Positions 61,860 through 64,000 of a DNA stretch of 64,000 nucleotides are shown piece after piece. The DNA is from Botryllus schlosseri. Its lineage: Eukaryota. A model generated the notes under the pieces. It was not told the DNA's origin. It saw nothing but the letters and a program-made list of their open reading frames with translations, and searched no databases. The DNA is taken from the NCBI GenBank assembly GCA_051294905.1, contig CM119371.1, positions 20,338,001-20,402,000 on the forward strand. The letters are read 5' to 3'. The stretch's first letter is position 1. Each line of letters opens with the position of its first letter. A program made the translations under genes and the position numbers.

Positions 61860-62370
61860 ATATCAAAAGCTGTGATATAGCAGTACTTGATTATTGCATT
61901 GACTTGAATCATGGATTACCTGAGATCAACAGTCGTACCAAAGGTAATAGATGTGCCATGGATTATATAAGTATGAATTTTTGCTCTGGGTCCGCTATGA
62001 CTAACAAAAAAATTAGGCGGCCGTGCTAAAGAACAGTGTAAGAACCCCTCCTCTAAATCAGATAAATAATTCAATTATCCTCTTTGTATAGCGAATGGGG
62101 ATTGGTAGGCGAATTTAAAGAGAAATTAAAACATTCATCGAATCAGCATAAAAATATCGTCGTCGGCCTATATTATCTGTAACAATAATAGGATTTTCAT
62201 GGATGGATCGTGCGTTACAAATACCTTGCAGGCTCTCCAGCGATTACTCAATCGATTGCAGTACCTGCTCCTAAAAGGCGGATTTCCACACACCATAGAT
62301 CGTATTCTTATCATTGTGCATTCTCTGAATGCCTCCGGTTTTCTAAAAAATAATGTTAGTATTAATGCAG
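61860..62370. repeat. Duplicated block Z, uninterrupted paralog of the sequence split by the Polinton-like element
   Basis: Matches ~18870-19015 joined to 28086-28390. Confidence 0.8.
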
Positions 62371-64000
62371 TGAAGAATTAGCGATTGACACTCGATTTAG
62401 GATTAATATAGAACAGTAGTTCCAAAGTGGGTGCCAGAGCACCCTAGGAGCGTTCGCGGGAGTATAGGAGGCACTGGCCGTGAAATGGGCGATTAGGGGC
62501 GCTGACTATAAAACTGGGTGGTAGGGGGGGGGGGCGCTGATACGAAATGGGAGCGGTGTAGGTTTAGAAGGCAACTGCTGCGTAGGGTTTAAAAGATTGA
62601 TAAAGCCGCTAAATTAGCAGAATGATGGAGAATCGTTTCAGTCAGGGCAATTTAGGCTCGTCCGTCTATTTGTTTAGCTGTACCGGAAGTGTCCATAGCT
62701 ACCTGACAATGTTGATCCTGCCCATCAATAGACTAATTTAGCAGTCGGCTGTATCCCTGAAAAGCGTGGTTCATTGTGTGCTGTGAGAACTACGAAGTAT
62801 TTGAGCAGTTATTGCTCACTACAAGGTGTGATGGCTTTTTAAGGGAAGCTGTCTTGCGTGATTTTATTCTCTGTTTCCAACGATCGTGGAATTTCCATAG
62901 CGCAGCGACTGTGGCCTTCGACACGGCGTTCTGGTTGCGAGAAATGATATCGCTTCTACTTGAAGAGCATATTTTCCAAATGTTTTCAGTAGATTATATA
63001 TCCGTTGTTGGTAATGATGGATCCTGATAAAGGTGAAAATGACACTGTCCGGATTCAATGATAAGTAGGGCGATTTGTTTGACAAGTCAAAATAAGTCAA
63101 TATTTTGTCAAAATTGTTTACTAAGTCAAAAAATTTTTGCAACCTGTATTTCGTTTGTACTTTGTACCGTAGATGATTGCACAGTCGATGAACCGTAGCC
63201 TATATAATAAACGTTATGGATGAACTTCTGATTTTTCAATTTACAGCTTGTGACCTATTTTATAGGCATACCGTTGTACACGGCCCATTGTCTGCTCATT
63301 GTGAATCATAAACGGTCAAATGAAACAAATAGGTCGACATGATGTTATGTTCATTGTTCAATGTATCGCAATATCCTAACTGAAACAAGACTGCGTGTGC
63401 ATTGGCTCTTATATCAAGAAGCGCATGATGAAAAATTGTGATGTAGACAACATTGTCAGAATGAAGGGTTCTGTCTATTGTGCTAAAAATAAAATTAGAA
63501 ATTGCAATATGAAGATTATAGCGTGATCACTATCATGATGAAATACATTTAAAAAAGTGTAATCAGACTGCTCTAGCAGGCCTAATTAAATATTTTTCTG
63601 CGCATTTTGGATCAATATTTACATTATATTTTTCGATGCCGTCGCGGGCGTCAGGCCGTAGATTGCCTTAGCCCTAATCCAAGTGAATAAAAGCAACTGA
63701 ACTCGGATAAATTCGGGTTACCATACGCCCACCTTTATGATGATTTGTCCTTTTTTTACTTTTTTGAAAGTGTCCTCGGAGGACATCCAAATGTTCTCTT
63801 TTTGAGAATTTGTCCTCTTTTTTGAAAATTAATTATGGTTAAATGTGTGTGAAAATTTACCTGAGATACATGAAATCAGCACTCTAGTAACGGTCCGGCG
63901 GGCCTTTCGGTACTTGAGCCAAAAAGACGAAGTTTTTTCATATTGCAGTCAACACAATAAAATTTACAGAAAAAGTTGGTAATTCGGGAGTCGAATTGAA

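Overview
Eukaryotic, AT-rich, repeat-dense window, probably from an invertebrate (host not determinable from sequence alone). Three zones. (1) 1-~15 kb: an apparently intact, enveloped Ty3/gypsy- or retrovirus-like element in permuted or tandem order. It runs class I-like fusion glycoprotein, second large glycoprotein, three paralogous accessory ORFs resembling the C-terminal domain of PWWP3A/MUM1, then PPT - single LTR - tRNA-Thr PBS - gag (PSAP/PPxY late domain, CCHC) - -1 frameshift - pol (PR-RT-RNase H). No recognisable integrase catalytic core is present. (2) 19016-28079: a 9-kb palindromic element with AGTAGT termini, a 6-bp target-site duplication and 2.9-3.7 kb inverted arms containing a ~200-bp tandem repeat. 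These are Polinton/Maverick hallmarks, but its only cargo is an intact three-exon Bcl-2/MCL1-like gene. (3) 28-64 kb: an old tandem segmental duplication carrying decayed LINE and Chapaev-like transposase remnants, nested hAT MITEs, SINEs and a minisatellite. All homology calls come from motif recognition by eye and need database confirmation.
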